64,000 nt of DNA from Yuukianura sp. NJ FZ-2021 (GCA_046563655.1 CM102286.1:10044001-10108000), one strand, 5' to 3'; positions 1 to 14,287 are shown, counted from the stretch's first letter. Notes: a model not told the origin generated them from the sequence alone. Program-made: numbers and translations.

Positions 1-959
1 TTTTTAAAAATTTTAAAAATTATGCGGTAATCCCCAACCTCTTACTCGATAGACCTTGAGGATGGCCATCTTGTTTGCAAAATGTGCAAAATCTATGTTT
101 TCAAAATTTTGCATTTTTGGCAACATCGAAAGAAACAGTGACTGTAGTTAATTTTTGACATTTGACCTTGACCTCGACGTTGTAGCGGATTGTGGTTTGT
201 CAGTTTTACTAAGTTTCTGCAGAAAATTGGCTTGAGATTTTAGATGTATCAACGCCATCAACTATCAACATGTTTTCAAAAGAATAAGGTGCAAGCTAAA
301 CGTTTGGCGACATAGTCCGAGGGAGAGGGTAGAAAGAAAAATAGTTTTCAGTTTCTTTCAGGGTACGCCTGATAAAAGTTTCGCTGCGTAAGTTTCACGA
401 TAGTTTCCTGAAAGTTTCAACCGGGAAAGGAGCGCGTGCTCCTTTCAGCTTTTTATAAAAAGCTTATAACGACATAATGTCGTTGTCGCATATGCAGTTC
501 CCTCTCTTTTACTTTTAATCTTTTCTTCTTTTTGCCTTGCCTGTAGTTCAGAATCATACTGCGTGCTGATTTACACTTATCACAAGTAAAGTTGTACTAA
601 CTTTTACTTTAAGCGTTCCAATAATTAAAACTATCGGAATGCCAAGACAAAAGGATCCCATCTGGGATAAATTTGACCGATTACCTAATCCGGTGGGTGG
701 CAAAGACCTTTTCTCGAAACGTTCGGAAACTTTCAAACGAGCGCTCCTTTCGCGAAAGTAGCGCTCTTTTCCGAACCCTGGTTTCTTTTTAGCTGCAGTT
801 TTTATTACCTCAGAGCTGTTTAAAGTTCTTGCCATTTTGTATTGGCATTATCAGGGGTCAAGTCCCTTGATTTGTGACCAGCGCCACCATTCTAGAGCTT
901 CACCTTCCATCGATTGATGGAAGTTGTTTTATTGTTATTTTTAACAGAATGAAATTACT

Positions 960-1372
960 TTTCCCAGTTACACCGTAATCAGTGATTGCATGGACAACTG
1001 TTGCCACCCCTTTCCACGTTTTTAGACAGTAAATGCTCAAAAGACTAACGGAAGATCAGGATGCTGGCAAAATACCAAAATTCCAAAGATTTTGTATTTC
1101 ACGAATGGTATGGGTTCCCAGTGAACAAACACGAAAACTTTGTGAATCTTGCTTACCGCAATCAGGACTTTGGAGTGAAAGCTGAGTGGCGCTTTTCTGC
1201 AACAACGCATTGGAAGCTGATGTGCGACACGGTTTCAGCAGTCTGCAAGCGAATAACTAGGCTTGCCAGGCTGAAGGACGGCGTTATTACTTCAAATGCA
1301 CACCGGATGTTTGAATTTCTACCGAAAAACAAAAATGACAATCAGGAATTTCTATATGTAACTAATGAATGA
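960..1372 (+). pseudogene. Degenerate DDE DNA-transposase fragment (possibly Sola-like)
   Basis: Broken frames read ISDC...KILYFTNGMGSQ*...NFVNLAYRNQDFGVKAEWRFSATTHWKLMCDTV, a decayed form of the YFSDG..SQYKN..WxFFATSHGKxxCDG transposase motif series. Contains stops and frameshifts. Confidence 0.6.
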
Positions 1373-1946
1373 TCGTTATGCGTTAGAGCCATTATCTCAG
1401 CCGGAACTGACGGTGAGAAAAGAAAGTGCATTGGAAGGGTAAACGTTATTGACATTCAAGCAAGCACTGTGATTGGCAATATCACTGGCCGCAGACTATT
1501 TGAAAAACAACGAAATATTTAATTAATATTTCACTCTTAGAAAGGCGACGGCGTTCAAGCGTTACGTACACTTCCCGTGGCGGCTTAGAAACATAGCTAT
1601 CGTCGCGAACACGCTCTGTACGTGCATTGCTATATACATTCCATTCAAATTTTGAAACGTGCATTTGACATTCAGAGTCGTTTCCCGAATTCCTTCCGGG
1701 AGATGTGGAGGAAAAAGACGGCATGGACGATCAGGAAAAACCAGATAAAACTGAGAGTGACGGAAGCCGCAGTGAAGAAATTCAGATGACCGCAAGCTAT
1801 TAGATCATACTTCTCATCGTTCAAAGAATGATGATGATTCCAAAACCACCATTTATAAGGGTGAGAGCATAATGCAGCGTCCTAGATGCAAATGTTCCTG
1901 TAATGCATCTAATTACATAAGCCATATTAGGAATGTTATCAATTCA

Positions 1947-2165
1947 TGTTATAGGATTTTGCTCTTGAATAAGTATTCTTAGATTTGGCAAACTGCAACT
2001 GTGTCTGTTAGATCTGCCAAGTCGACGCGCCTTAGCCTAGATTCTAATGGGTATAAATACCTGTGGCCCACTGGGATGGGACACAGACGAATCCTAGAGC
2101 TAGAGTCTTAAATAAAAGTTATTAAGACACAACAGTTCCTTTTCTTTTGTCTATTGTTCTCAACA
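1947..2165 (+). mobile_element. Putative short LTR (~220 bp)
   Basis: TGTT...AACA ends with internal TATAAA and AATAAA. No TSD or partner LTR found. Confidence 0.35.
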
Positions 2166-3184
2166 GAATTTGCAGCCAGATTTTGACACAGTGAGTGCAA
2201 AGTGTGACGGGACGAGTCACAGAGAAAGAAGCGCGGAAAATCATAGGTTTAAGCTTAGTGAATTAACACAGGTATATTTTCATAGGCAGTCGATAAATGG
2301 TATCACTCGGGAGAACATCTCAACACCAAATCTCCAGTCTAGATTTGTCATATCATTTATTCGGCTATTCCTTGTGTCATCCGCATTTCAATTCGGACCG
2401 AAAATTCAAGATTCGAAACCAGTATTTGAAAACCCGGAAATTGTGAAAATCGGGACGTCACGCCACAGAGGACATCAAGAAATTGAATCTTTTGCTTTTT
2501 TTTTTACCTTTGTTAACACCTTTCCAGTCGGAATTGTAGATATTCAGATTGCATTCCACAAATTTCCAGAAAATCCAGATGATCGAAGACGTCGAGAGAC
2601 CGAAAAATTCTTGAACGTCGTCTCAACGTTCATTCCAAATGTAGAAAAAACAAACAAAGACTTGAGAGCAGCAGATTTCAGAAAAAGACCGCTTCACTAA
2701 GACTTGATCGAGTACGCAAGATCAGATTCTCACCTTCTACTCAGAGTTTGGAACAACCTGAAGCAACAATATGCAACAATATGGCGGAAAATGTTACAGA
2801 CTCTACGAAAAAGAATGCTGCGACATTCCAAATTCCCGCCAAAACCCTAGGAATCAGAATTCCAATCAAGGAAACATTCGAAGCAACTCAGATGATGAAA
2901 AACTTAACGGATTACAAAACTTAATCCTCGGAAAACAATTTGAACTCAGAGAGGAAATTGCAAAATTTTGTGATGTTCCGAGTATCTTCCTCTGTTCGTT
3001 AGAAATAAATTTGTTGCGACCCTTGTTGCGACCAGTGGCTATTTTAAAAAACATCAGGATGGTCGAAGGATGCCGTCGTCGCTACGATCTACTGCCATTT
3101 TGAAAACACAGTGACAGGGGAATGTCGTCGATTTAAAAAAAATATAATAAAATATGTAATAAAATCACACTTGGCAATGGACGT

Positions 3185-3760
3185 TGTAACGTCAGTTTTT
3201 GAGCCACCCGCAGATTTGGCAATCTCCAGGTGGGCTGAAATCGGATGATTGTAAAAAGGATATAAGTTTTAAGAAGACAAGTATGCTAAATGAATACCCA
3301 GCTTTTTCTTCCGCCTCGGATGACAAAATATCTAAGATTTATGGCCACATAATCTTTGATAAGAGAGGCAAGCAGGAGAGAAAAAGCTACAAAGTTGCAT
3401 GTTCAACAAGTTTCCCACTTGTTGAACTTGTAATGTGATGTGATAAAAAGTTGATATTTCATATAAAAAGGGCACAAGATATTAAATTGCTTTCCGAGTT
3501 CAAACGTTAACGACAAAACAGGATCATAGATCCTGGTCGTTAACGTCTGATCTCGAACTCAGGTCGCTAAGCGTCTCTCGGCTGAAGGACAAGCTGGGCC
3601 AAGTGTAAGGTGATAAATATGAGTGAAACCTTGTTAGATTTGCTTTTGTACCAAGCCCTCAGTTAAGAAGTAATAAAGCCGCTTTCCAAAACAATACTTT
3701 TGGGGGAAATAAAAACACTCTACAACTATCTCTCCGTCGCTCACCGCTTTCGGTCAACTT
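3185..3760 (+). mobile_element. Truncated LTR, family A (copy 1)
   Basis: Starts TGTAAC and is colinear with 13300-14287 and 18589-19715 (GGATCATAGATCCTGGTC core, TATA-like box, GGGGAAATAAA). Similarity is lost at the MITE near 3768. Confidence 0.7.
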
Positions 3761-3767
3761 TTATTCG

Positions 3768-3935
3768 CGTAGCAGGTAATTTGGTCGCAAGTAAAAAGGT
3801 CGCAAACGCAGAGGTCGGCAATTGTATATGAGCTTTTTCTTTCGGTTAGGTTAGGTTTCTAATGCTAGAGCTAGGTTAGGTTTGACGACCTCTGCGTTTG
3901 CGACCTTATTACTTGCGACCAAATTACATGGAATC
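3768..3935. mobile_element. MITE with ~45-bp inverted arms and a TTAGG-containing centre
   Basis: gtaatttggtcgcaagtaa..cgcagaggtcg and its reverse complement. Flanked by the 9-bp direct repeat ttttattcg (3759-3767, 3936-3944), a Mutator-like TSD length. Confidence 0.65.
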
Positions 3936-4063
3936 TTTTATTCGTTACGAGATTCGACTGAAAATTCAACTCTAAATTCATCGGTGTGTATTATGGAGGG
4001 GCAAAAACGACTTTTACTATTAATTATTTTTATCTTATAATTACATATTTTTTCTTTAAAATT

Positions 4064-5088
4064 AAAAAAAAAAGTTTACAAAAAGAAAAAAAAGTTTTGA
4101 AGAAATACTTTTTTTTGTATTTAAAAAATAATTTTTGTACTTAAAAGTATTTTTCTAAATTAGAAATATTTTTTTATATCTAAAAAAAAGTTCTTCAAAA
4201 AAAATATTTTTTGTTATAAAGTTTATTTTCGCATAAAAAAAAAACTTTTTTTTTGACGGAAGAAATATAAATGTGGAGCACAGTGAAAAAACTTTTCAAA
4301 AGAAAAAAAGAAAAAATTTTTCTTTGGGATTGTGTCGTCATAAGCCAGGATTCGGTGGTCACTTGTGTTCTCCCAATTGCATACCACGCGAGTCCACTGT
4401 TGTCGGTTATGAAATTCCGAGGAGAACCTTAGTTTTTCTCGTGCCTGTGAGCAGGGGTGGGTGGTCCAAATGCTCGGTGGACAATAGACTTGCATAGAGC
4501 CTAGGTAGCGCTAGTCTGGCGGAAAAAAGGAGAAACACACGATATCAGCAATAAAAGCCAGAATTGATAACGCTGGAAAGAAAAACTTGTTTCTCATTCT
4601 TTCCGCCAGACTAGCGCTACCGACACTCTATGTATAAGTCTATTGTCCACCGAGCATTTGGACCACCCACCGCTGCTCCCAGGCACGAGAAAAAACTGCC
4701 TTGTCAACGGCGTGGTGCTCTCTGAATTGCAAAACCGGCAACAGTGGAGTGGCGTGGTATGCAATTGGGAGAACACAAGTGACCACCGAATCCTGGCTTA
4801 TGACGTCACAATCCTGAGCTCAGGATTTCTTCACATTTTTATTTTTTTTGTTGCAAAAGTTTTTTTTACAGTGCTCCACATTTATATTTTTTCGCCCAAA
4901 AACAAAGTTTTTTTTCTATACGGAAAAAAAAACTTTACAACTAAAAATATTTTTTTCTTAACTTTTTTTTTAAATTTATAAAAAATATTTCTAATTTAGA
5001 AAAATACTTTTAAGTACAAAAATTATTTTAAATACCAAAAAAAAATTTTCTTTCATAACTTTTTTTTCTTTTTGTAAACTTTTTTTTT
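4064..5088. mobile_element. Foldback/MITE with ~470-bp imperfect inverted arms
   Basis: 4064-4536 is approximately the reverse complement of 4589-5088 (e.g. ggattcggtggtcacttgtgttctcccaattgcataccacg vs cgtggtatgcaattgggagaacacaagtgaccaccgaatcc), with a ~50-bp spacer. Confidence 0.85.
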
Positions 5089-6547
5089 GCAGTGACTTTG
5101 TGTTTTGTGGTCATCATTTGTTTTAGTTTCTTTTTATCACCCTCTACTATAGTAAATAGAACACCTGTTTTTTTTAGTTTGTAAACTTTTTAACATGGCA
5201 GGGATGGATCTCCGTCTTGTGTATTTTTGCCTTGAATGGTCAATGACAGTAAAAAAGTAGTTCTACTTTCCTTCTAGTTTCGTCTGAGATGACGCTAAAG
5301 TTTCTTTGAATGCAACTAATTGGACATATCATACCACGGACTTTGAGAGTATTCGAGGGTAAGTGCAGTTATATATAGGGTAAGTGAATGGAGATGGGAC
5401 TAGTCCACACAATTCATATAGAGATAAGCTAAATTTTATACCCTTTGTGAAGCTGACGAGGTTTAAAGTACAAGACAACAAGACAAGTATTTAAAGATTC
5501 TTGATTCAAATAACTGCAACTAATTTGACTTTTTCTATCAGTCCAGGCATCCAGCAACAACAAACCACCTCTTCAGCTCCGCAGAACTCCGTCACTCAGC
5601 AGGACAATTTTTTATGAATTTTCCGCTATCCCCAGCAAAGTTAAACTTTTTACTCGTTTACCCTACGAACCCCCTAGAAAAGGACGGCTGGAAACTGCTC
5701 CAGCTGCAGCAAAACGTCTTCGGGGAAGTGAAACTCCTACTGTGACTTCATCAGTGCCATCCATTGAAGACAGCTTGTCTTCAAACTTTTTGGACGGGAT
5801 GAGGACGCTGACGCCTTTAAACGGCAATCAGCTCTTCAGTCCCTAATTTTGACTAAAACATTTTTTTAATAAACAGAATTTTAAACGATATGAAATTGTT
5901 TTCAGCTGTATTTTGTTTTATTTTATGTCCCACGGGCATAGGTTATGCCATATGGGCATAGGTGTGGTGGCAATAAGCCACCACAGGGACCATCCCCGTG
6001 GGCCCCACCCTACTCGGTCACACCGTGGGCTCACCCTGTATGCTGTTGGGCCCTAGTTAGTTGCAATGATCAATGCAAAGCTAAGTAGGGACCATACTAC
6101 TTTCATGCTCTTGATTCAGATGAACTATCGGTTCCGAATTCATTTTGGCCGGATTTTTCCTCTTCAAAGTGACAAATTGGCCGCCGGGCTGTTTCAATCC
6201 TATAGCTTTAGGTGCATTATGAACCACTAAACCTCCTCCGTCATGACTGCCTTCTGATTCCGTTTCTAAACTTGCGTCCAGTTCTGCATTTTATTTCTTT
6301 TGCGCAACTTTTTGCGAAACTTGGTGGAATCTACAGTGTCCGTACCAACACCCGTGTCCAATTTTGCTTTCATAATGTCAGTTTTATGTGGAAAATTCAA
6401 AATATGAAACAGAGGCTCTACAACATGCGTGTCGGCCAGTCAAACTCTGAAGCAAAACCGGACATGCACATGCGCATGAACATGAAGGGCAACAAAAGTG
6501 CAGCACAGCTGTAATACGTTCAGGACCAGAAGTGGAGGGATGATAAC

Positions 6548-6912
6548 TGCGGCCATCATCAGTATGTAGACGCCTGCTCTTCCATAGCGTTAGTGTAGTG
6601 TTAGGATAGGGGTAAGATGAGATGATGAGTTGTCCTGCGAGAGATTTGAGTTGAGGCGAGGAGCGAGCGAGGATAGGAGATAGTATGTAGTTTTAGTTAG
6701 TCTGGTTTTGGCGTGGAGAGAAGAGGGAGATCAGTGTACAGAGTATGACTCGATTAGTTATTTATCTTGTTAATATTATCATTTTCAGCGTATTAAATAT
6801 ATTTCATATATTTAACCGTGGTTTCCAGTGTTTTGGTGAGTTATAGGTCTTTTGGCTAGTTGTTGGATCTGCTGACCAGTGATGAGCGTCTAAGGGCGTG
6901 GCTGCGGCCATA
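6548..6912. mobile_element. Probable solo LTR, family B (copy 1)
   Basis: Shares its layout with 17645-18013 (ggcca start, GA-rich body, atttcatatattta block, gcgtc..agggcgt end). ctgcggccat is repeated at both ends. Confidence 0.45.
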
Positions 6913-6989
6913 TTTCTGGAGAGTTGCGGTGCGAGACGCTACAAGGAGAACGTTCTGTACAAACGCAGAATTCATCAGGGAATAGGACA

Positions 6990-7470
6990 ATGGACACGCA
7001 CCAACTAAGAGCTGCGTTTAAAATGTATTGTCAAATGCACTGCCCTCGCATTCGGACATTTGTAGTAGCCAACGACGAACTGAAATTAATTAATCTCAAG
7101 CCTCCCGTTGCTTGTGTACAAAATACTGAAAATTTAGGGACACCCGCAGAGTAATTTATTTGAAACCAATTTTCGAGCGGATTAACTACTCTCATTTTGT
7201 GCTTTACAGCTTATCATTGGGTCTGCTGCATAGAACTGAAACAAGGAACATTAATCTTCTTTGACAGCATGGGCGAAGAACGTGGTTCATTACGACCTCA
7301 CTCTTCCACACGAACAAAGAACGCGGATTTCAGTACAAAACATAGTCCCTCTTCAGTCAAACAAGACTTTGTCTTGTGGCCAATTTTGCTTAAAAGTATT
7401 TGCAGATGGTGCCAATGGCAAAAAGTTTAGTCCTTTTACCTTTTACCCACCGTCTTCCCTTTACTACTAA
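6990..7470 (+). pseudogene. Polinton/Maverick adenain-like cysteine protease, disrupted
   Basis: Motifs VQNT..., HWVCC...IFFDSMG and PLQSNKTLSCGQFCL (catalytic H, D, Q, C) occur in order across three short ORFs. A GT..AG segment separates the first two. Confidence 0.8.
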
Positions 7471-7726
7471 TTGGTAATACCACGCCCACTTCTCGTGTGC
7501 CCATCTACCCTTGAGCCTACTTGAAAGTATTCTGTTTGAGTAGGTCTAGGCGGCGCATAAGTACTTTTGTAGGAGGTCCAATTGCCAATTGTGCCGAGGA
7601 AAAGACACTCCTATTGTTGTGCTGCAGTGCTGATTTGACAACGTCGAGACGGTTTGGAATTTACGTTCACCGTCAACAAAAAGTTTCTCCAAGTTCTTCG
7701 CGACTCTCCTCTAGCATAATTCAGCA

Positions 7727-8575
7727 TGGCTTCAACTAGTCTACCCCCAAACGAGGCAGCAGCGCTTTTTTATGCCAACTGTCGTAAGTACTTGTCACTT
7801 TTTAACCATTTAAAGGGTCGGAAAGGCTTTAGTAAATCATTCTCTTCAAATTTTTAGGTCAAGTTTGGATATACTGGGCTAGACGGAACTTGTAAGTTCC
7901 GGTGCAACAGATATAGAAATTCACTCTAAACTGGTAAGACTAAAAATGTGCTTAAAACTTTTCCCATATTTTTTGAAGTGTGTTTCAATCCATTTCAGAC
8001 ACATCTTTGCGAGTGGTGTGGTCACTCGTTTTACTCCCTGACGCCCAATACAAACAACTGTAAACGAAATAGAGGTGGAGAGCGGCGCTTCATTCTCGGC
8101 AGCACTGCAGCAGCATCAGTTCTACCATACCAAGAAGCCAGATTCTCCCTACGAGGCTCAGTCATCTTCAACAATGCTACTATCGAGGATGACGCAGAAT
8201 GTATGATTAGAAGGCCTTTGAAAGTCTATACTTTCCCACTCGTTCTCTCCTCAAGGAAGCCATTGCTTTTTTCAGTGGAACCAAAGTTAGCTTTAGGAGA
8301 CTACTACATATGATCGGAGTAAAATATAATGTAGAACATGAAAATGATGTTGTCGGTTCTCCGTTTGTCCCCTTGGCCCACATTGGTTTACTTTGCTCGT
8401 TATACGGTGATGAAACTTTGAGGGCAGGAAGAGCGAAGAGAGTAAAAATGGAATATAAAGACGAGAGGGAGTGGAACCTTGTTAAGGCCATCCTGGAACA
8501 TCCAATGTCATATGTTGATTTGCGCATTGGAACGATCTTGGTCATGGCAAAGGAGTGTCAGTTGAAGAAATAGAT
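7727..8575 (+). pseudogene. Spliced ORF remnant of unknown function inside the Polinton-derived region
   Basis: GTAAG...TAG/CAG intron-like segments at ~7784-7857 and ~7933-7998, then ORF pieces 7948-8313 and 8310-8573. No family recognised. Confidence 0.3.
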
Positions 8576-11422
8576 TTTATCGAGGAGAGGTTCTCTACGA
8601 TCCACGCGACTGTCTATGATCATGTCGGAAACGGCATGGTTGTTCTCCGCGCGACAAAGGAGAGACGGCCACGTAAATTTGCTGCTCATCAAGCATCCAG
8701 ATCAGGGGGTGGTCTTAAAGAGCAACTGAGTTTTCCATCTTAAGTAGAAGATCTTAGTTTGGTTTCTAAGAGCACACCTTAGAACATCTTAAGGCAAAAC
8801 TTAAGGTTGGAGAAAGTTTTCTCTCCTTAGCGGTGTTGCCACTTTTTCATATGTATTTTAGCCTATGTAGCTTAGTCTCACGTGACCACTTTTGAATCTT
8901 TTTGGCACGAAAAAAAACTTTGATTTGAAACTTAGAATAATTTCCAAAAACAATCATATGTTCTTTAAAGGTTTAAACTTCAAATAGTGACAAAACATCA
9001 AAGCGTTATAATAATTAATTGGTTAGTTAATAGTTATGTTTTCGGAGTGATCAGTCTACCTCTAGACATGGAGGCTGATTTTTTTGATTTTTTTTCAAAA
9101 AAATCAAAAATCTGGTTGAAGAAATCATAGTTATTAAATGAAGTCGGCTTCACCTCAAGGTCAGTGCTGTTGACTTGCGAAACTACGGAAGTTTTATTAC
9201 GGAAGGGAATTCGTCAAAGATTTTTGTGTTCGTCAATGGCCATGGTGAAACAATTATCCGATGTTTTCCATAGTTCCGGCATTGAACAACGAGGCAGCAG
9301 AATGATACATTGCGGTGACCTAGTAGTCGAGGGCGTGGCCTTGAGATATCACTGAGTCATGTCTCTCAGGCTCCCATTCGTGAGCTGTTGTTGTTATAAG
9401 TCGGGCGAAACCGGTTCAATATAATCTACAAGCTGCATCGTCTGAGAACATGTTACCAGTCTCCTAAACACGGTTCAACAGTTACTCAAATTCATAAACA
9501 ATCGAGTCATCGGAAGAAAGAAGAGACGGTTCATGATTTAAAGCTTATGGATTGCCTACTGGAGTCTCACCTATAAAATATTTGTAACAATACTGTTAGT
9601 GTTGGATTAAGTCTAACTTAACTAGTGGTTGGAGTTAGGATACCTAACTCAAGCCAGACATGGCTAGTAAAAATTCCTATGGAACTAAACATTAGCATAA
9701 ACACAAAGTTTTGGCATAAACTCAAAATTAATAAAAGTTCATTTCCGAACTTATTATGAATGAAAAATTTCGGATCAAGATTCCATTGATGAAGATTGGA
9801 CTTTGCTGTGGTGACAATGAGATTCGGATGGAGCAATTCGGAGGAGATGAACGGACGAGAAGCAGAGGAGCGACATTTATAAGATGGAGAAGTTCGCCGA
9901 GGATGACCGCGCCAAACTTCTCCTCGACAAAAAAGATTCGAAAAGGTGTTCGGGAATTTGCTTCCTGTTTTGCATAGAGTGGGATTAGGCTACTCAGTTT
10001 AGTGTAAGTTTAACTTTAGTTGAGATCTAGAAGTGATGAGACTGAAAGGGAAAGGGTTAGGATGTACTTTTAACGCACTTTACATTACTTTGATCCACTT
10101 GCGTGGAGTGAGAAAGGGTTAAGCGTGAATTCTGATGCTGCATGCAATTTACTATTACTGTACGACTTGCGCAATAGAGTAGGGACAGTATGTGTATCTA
10201 AGTGTCAACGCTTTCTCAATCTTTCTATAGTGTAAGTCACCGCTCTTTGGTGTATGTTACTAATAGCACAAGCAAGGAGGAATGTTGTTTCATCTTCCTA
10301 CTGTAACGTCTTCTCTTTCAATGAGTCATCGAGTAGCCATGTTAACTTTTCGTTACTTTCATCAATTACCAATCAACAATTAACTTAAATAAATCTTAAA
10401 TCACATTCATGTGATTTAAGGCTACCCTAGGTGCTTCCTAATTCCGCTTGGGCCTACGCCATGACCTTTATTCGTATTACAAATTGAAGACTACTGCTTT
10501 GCGACAGAGCGGGGGAATTCAAAAGAAGATGGAAAAGAAACTCAACTGAACTCCAGAGGATTTTGGTCCCAGGTCATCCTTCATTCGGAATGGCTGTTTA
10601 CAAGTCCAAACCACCTTCCTGCTTATAATGGTTAATTTCTCATTATAAACCTTAATCAGGCTTGATAGAATTAAAGTCAGAGTAGTTGTAATACATTTTA
10701 CTCTTTGTCTTTGAAGTTATTCCGTGTTAGCTGGAGTCATTACCCTTGAGATATCCTAGAAAATTGAATTTTATCGTGAAAGGATCTTATAGCTATCCTG
10801 CCTTTATGCAAGTACTTGTTAATTCAATGAAAGGAGTGACTGGTGTCAGAATAAACGTATGGTTTTGCCAAAAGTTGAATAGTTGATTCCTAGCCAGGGG
10901 TGTTTTGACCCTTTGTAAAATAAATTACCAACTTAAGATTTTGAGTGTTATTTGTTAATTGAAGACCTGAGGACCGTATAATTTGGGTTATGAAGTCTTG
11001 TATTGCTTAAGACCGTTGGTTGCTTTCAACTTTGTCCTCATTTCAATGGTCTTTTACGCATCTGGTGTTCATCTGGGCCTCTTTTACATGCTTGGGGTGG
11101 TCCTGGAAATGCTACAAAATATTTCCTTCAGCTTTCCCTAAGATGCCCGAAAACTAAGAGAAAGAGAAGAAAAAGAAAAATCCGGGGGTCTTTTGTATCG
11201 ATGCGTTCTGTAGTTCTGGTTAGCCACCAGTGTCTGTTGGTTAAACAATATTTGTGTTCCAGGATTGTTTGAAAAAATGGATCTCGGTTATTTTGAAGGA
11301 CGAGGTTCCGATTGTCGAAGTCTCACTGATACTGTGGTAAGTGTTCTTTACGCTTTTAACCAATTACTGGTGGACTTTTTAAGGTGGCACTTGTTAAGTC
11401 TAGATTCTTACACGATTTACAG

Positions 11423-12092
11423 GACGACCGCACCCTAATATGTTACGGATGGGAGAAGAAACTTGTTTTTGGAGGCTGAACCTGCAAAATCAATTTCAGT
11501 ATGATTGTGAATGTCCTTGGAAGACGTTTGCACGTGTCTTTATAGATATGGACCGTCTTCCGGAGGGTACCACTCCAATCCATGTGATTTGTGAGATTAA
11601 ATCCAGAATCCTGGAGACCCTGCGGAGAGTACTTACTCGGCTAGTCCTGCATGGTGTGACCGCGGAATGGTGTGATGTCGGGGACGTGGGTATAGGACTA
11701 CTGCGTAGTTTCTGCTCTTCTTTACGGACTTATGGTGGGCCTACGGTGGTTTTGACAGTTACGATTTTAGAGGCAAAACTAACATGTCCTTACGTGTGGT
11801 TCCCACGCAATCAGGTAAGTTTGTCTATCACTTGCTTTTTATTATAGTAATCTGTCGGTTTGTGCTTTGACATATTTGTATTTTTCTGCAGGGTGTTTAT
11901 CATTTTTTATCTCAGTGTTGGGAATTCAAGCCCTGGAGAAAGGTTTCTGGACAAGCCTATATTAGTTTCGCGATGACCTTCCTGCAGGTGGTGGGAAATG
12001 GACGAATTACAGATACCGAAGTGTCTTTAACGGTTGAAGAGATCAAGGACGAATTAAGTAGGCAAATAATGCTGTTTATCGAGGTTATTTAA
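11423..12092 (+). CDS. Unknown-family protein, paralog 1 (spliced; 5' end uncertain)
   Basis: Exon ending ...CPYVWFPRNQ, phase-0 intron 11815-11891, exon GVYHFLSQCWEFKPWRKVSGQAYISF...MLFIEVI*. Homologous to 24273-25165. Confidence 0.55.
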
Positions 12093-13299
12093 CGGATTCA
12101 CTTAGTAGTTTCTTTCGTTAAAAAGTCTCATGTAAATTAGTTAATAGTGTAACATGGAGGAGTGCGAGGGCTTAATGTAGTGGCGTTATAAAAGACTTAA
12201 AGGGCCCGTTAGTGACTTAGAAATGAGAATGCTCTTTTGACTGGTGTTGGATTGTGTTTTAAAAAATTTGAAGAAATAAATTTTTCGTTACTGGTACTTT
12301 GACCTAGTCTTATGGGTATTGACCTTTGGGATGTTTCAGTGCTAACTTTCTACGAAAGTTTGCTAGCTTTTTTTTGTTTTTTGAAATTTTCAAAGACGCG
12401 TTCGAGTTCCAGTGGTAAGTTACTTAAAGAAAGCTCAACAAACTACACTACCGTCAGGCCTTCGACCTTCATTAGTGACTACAAACGTTACTGACCTCTC
12501 ACTCCTTAATCCCCCTTTAATTAAGGAAAACTTTTACGCTGATTCTCTGCCCAAGTCAAGTGGTATAGTGGTTGTACTTTCTGTCAATAATTGAGTGACC
12601 GTGAAAGAACAAAGTTTAAGAATTGAGTCCAACTGGAGTATTCCCGCCAATATTCAAAAATGGAGTCCAGGAGAGAGAGTAGTTGAAAGTGATGCTAATT
12701 TACTCGATTCTTATGGCAAAATTACTTCGATGTTTTTTGGGAATTAGAGACTGCGTAGTTGGTTTTACAATGCCCTAGAACTGTTTGCTGTTATTTTCGT
12801 AAAGTTTCAAAAGTATTACGGAAAACCGCTTCACATCCTGCGCCCTGGGATCCCTATTCTAAAATCAGAAATTCCAGCATATTGTCTCATTTCAAACGTT
12901 TCGTTTACAAAAAAACAGTTTCCCTTGGAAGTAATAAAATTCATTGAGGTTTCACTGAATTGTGTAGATTTAATTTCTTTTCCTTTACTCTAGGTGAGTT
13001 ATAACCAGACGGCTCATCGGCTGCAGGGTGCCACGTGCGCCAAGCTCATGATTGGCCTTCAACCCCCGGACAAAAGTCAAATATGTTTAGAAGGAACGTG
13101 CCGGAACTGCTTTCTGTTTGCATTTCAAGAGTAAGACGGTTGGAATACGTGGCTTTCACTCTCCCCTTTGACACTACCCTAGTTTTACAACTAGGAAAAA
13201 ACAACCTAACATGGTAAGGTAAGAAGAAGAGGAAAGAATTAAGAAAAACCAAACACGCGAACACTAGCTTTAACCTATTTGCCTTCACCTCCTAAGCAT

Positions 13300-14287
13300 T
13301 GTAACTTCGGATTTCGAGCCACCCGGAGATTTTGAAATCTCCCGGTGGGCCGACATCAAACGATTGTAAATAGAACATAAGTTTTAATAGGACGAGTAGG
13401 AAAACGAGACCTCAGCTTCTTTTTCCTCTTTTTCAAGGGGATCAAATGTCTATGATTTACGACAAATGATCTTTGACAAGACAGGCCAGTCGAAGGGCAA
13501 GCAACAAAGTGGATTGTTTAACAAGTTTTACAGTTGTTGAACATGTGAATCTCAAATCATCAGGAGTTGAGATTCCTACAAAACGCCCAGATAACCAATT
13601 TGCATAGGCTCGTAACTTTGTTCAATCTCTGACTTTAATGACAAAACCGGATCATAGATCCTGGTCATTAACGTCCAACTTTGAACTCAGGTTTGCTAAG
13701 CGTCCCTCAGTAAAGGACAGTTCAGGTCAACCGTAGGTTATAAATATTAGTGAAACATTGTTAGCGTTAAGTCATTTCCAAATTAGCTTTCTTTTCGAGC
13801 TCTCCGTGATCTACTTTCAAGGGTTAGGTTACTCTACACTTTCTTTTGGGAAATAAATTTGAAACTTTAAATCTTCGATGCTGCTGCTTCTATTCCGGAC
13901 TGAACTTCAACTTCCAAGAAGTCCGTCCGTAGCCGAAAAGGTAAACGATTATTCTCTATCGTTCTAATGGACAAGGGTCAGTCCACTTATTTTAGATAGT
14001 GATACAGTAGTTAGGTCATCTGGGGGAGCTGGTAGGACAAGCTTCCACCTAGGGTCAAAGGACTTGTCACCAAGTTGAGGAATAGGTCCGGTGGGTTCAG
14101 CCCTGCCGCATTCTTTGATCTCCAGGTCATGCAATCCCGGAAGGGTCAAAGTATCGGTTCACGAGGGGTGAGCGGGTGTTATATCCGCAGAGGCCAGAGG
14201 GCCTCGATTGTTAGTTATTTTCAGAGAATAACTAATAATTCATTAGTGCTAGGTTTCTGAATAGTCTTAAAGATTCACCCCGTTTCA
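13300..14287 (+). mobile_element. Solo LTR, family A (copy 2)
   Basis: TGTAAC...GTTTCA ends, TATAAA at ~13739, AATAAA at ~13852. Flanks gcat/acat fit a 4-bp TSD with one mismatch. Confidence 0.8.

Noticed and set aside
638..720. MPRQKDPIWDKF, resembling the start of a BED finger/hAT protein
   Set aside because: Too short; the Cys/His ligands do not follow.
4223..4981. ORFs in the foldback arms
   Set aside because: Mirror-image translations of a non-coding inverted repeat.
13300..14287. Hammerhead ribozyme in the structured LTR
   Set aside because: No CUGANGA...GAAA core conserved across the three copies on either strand.
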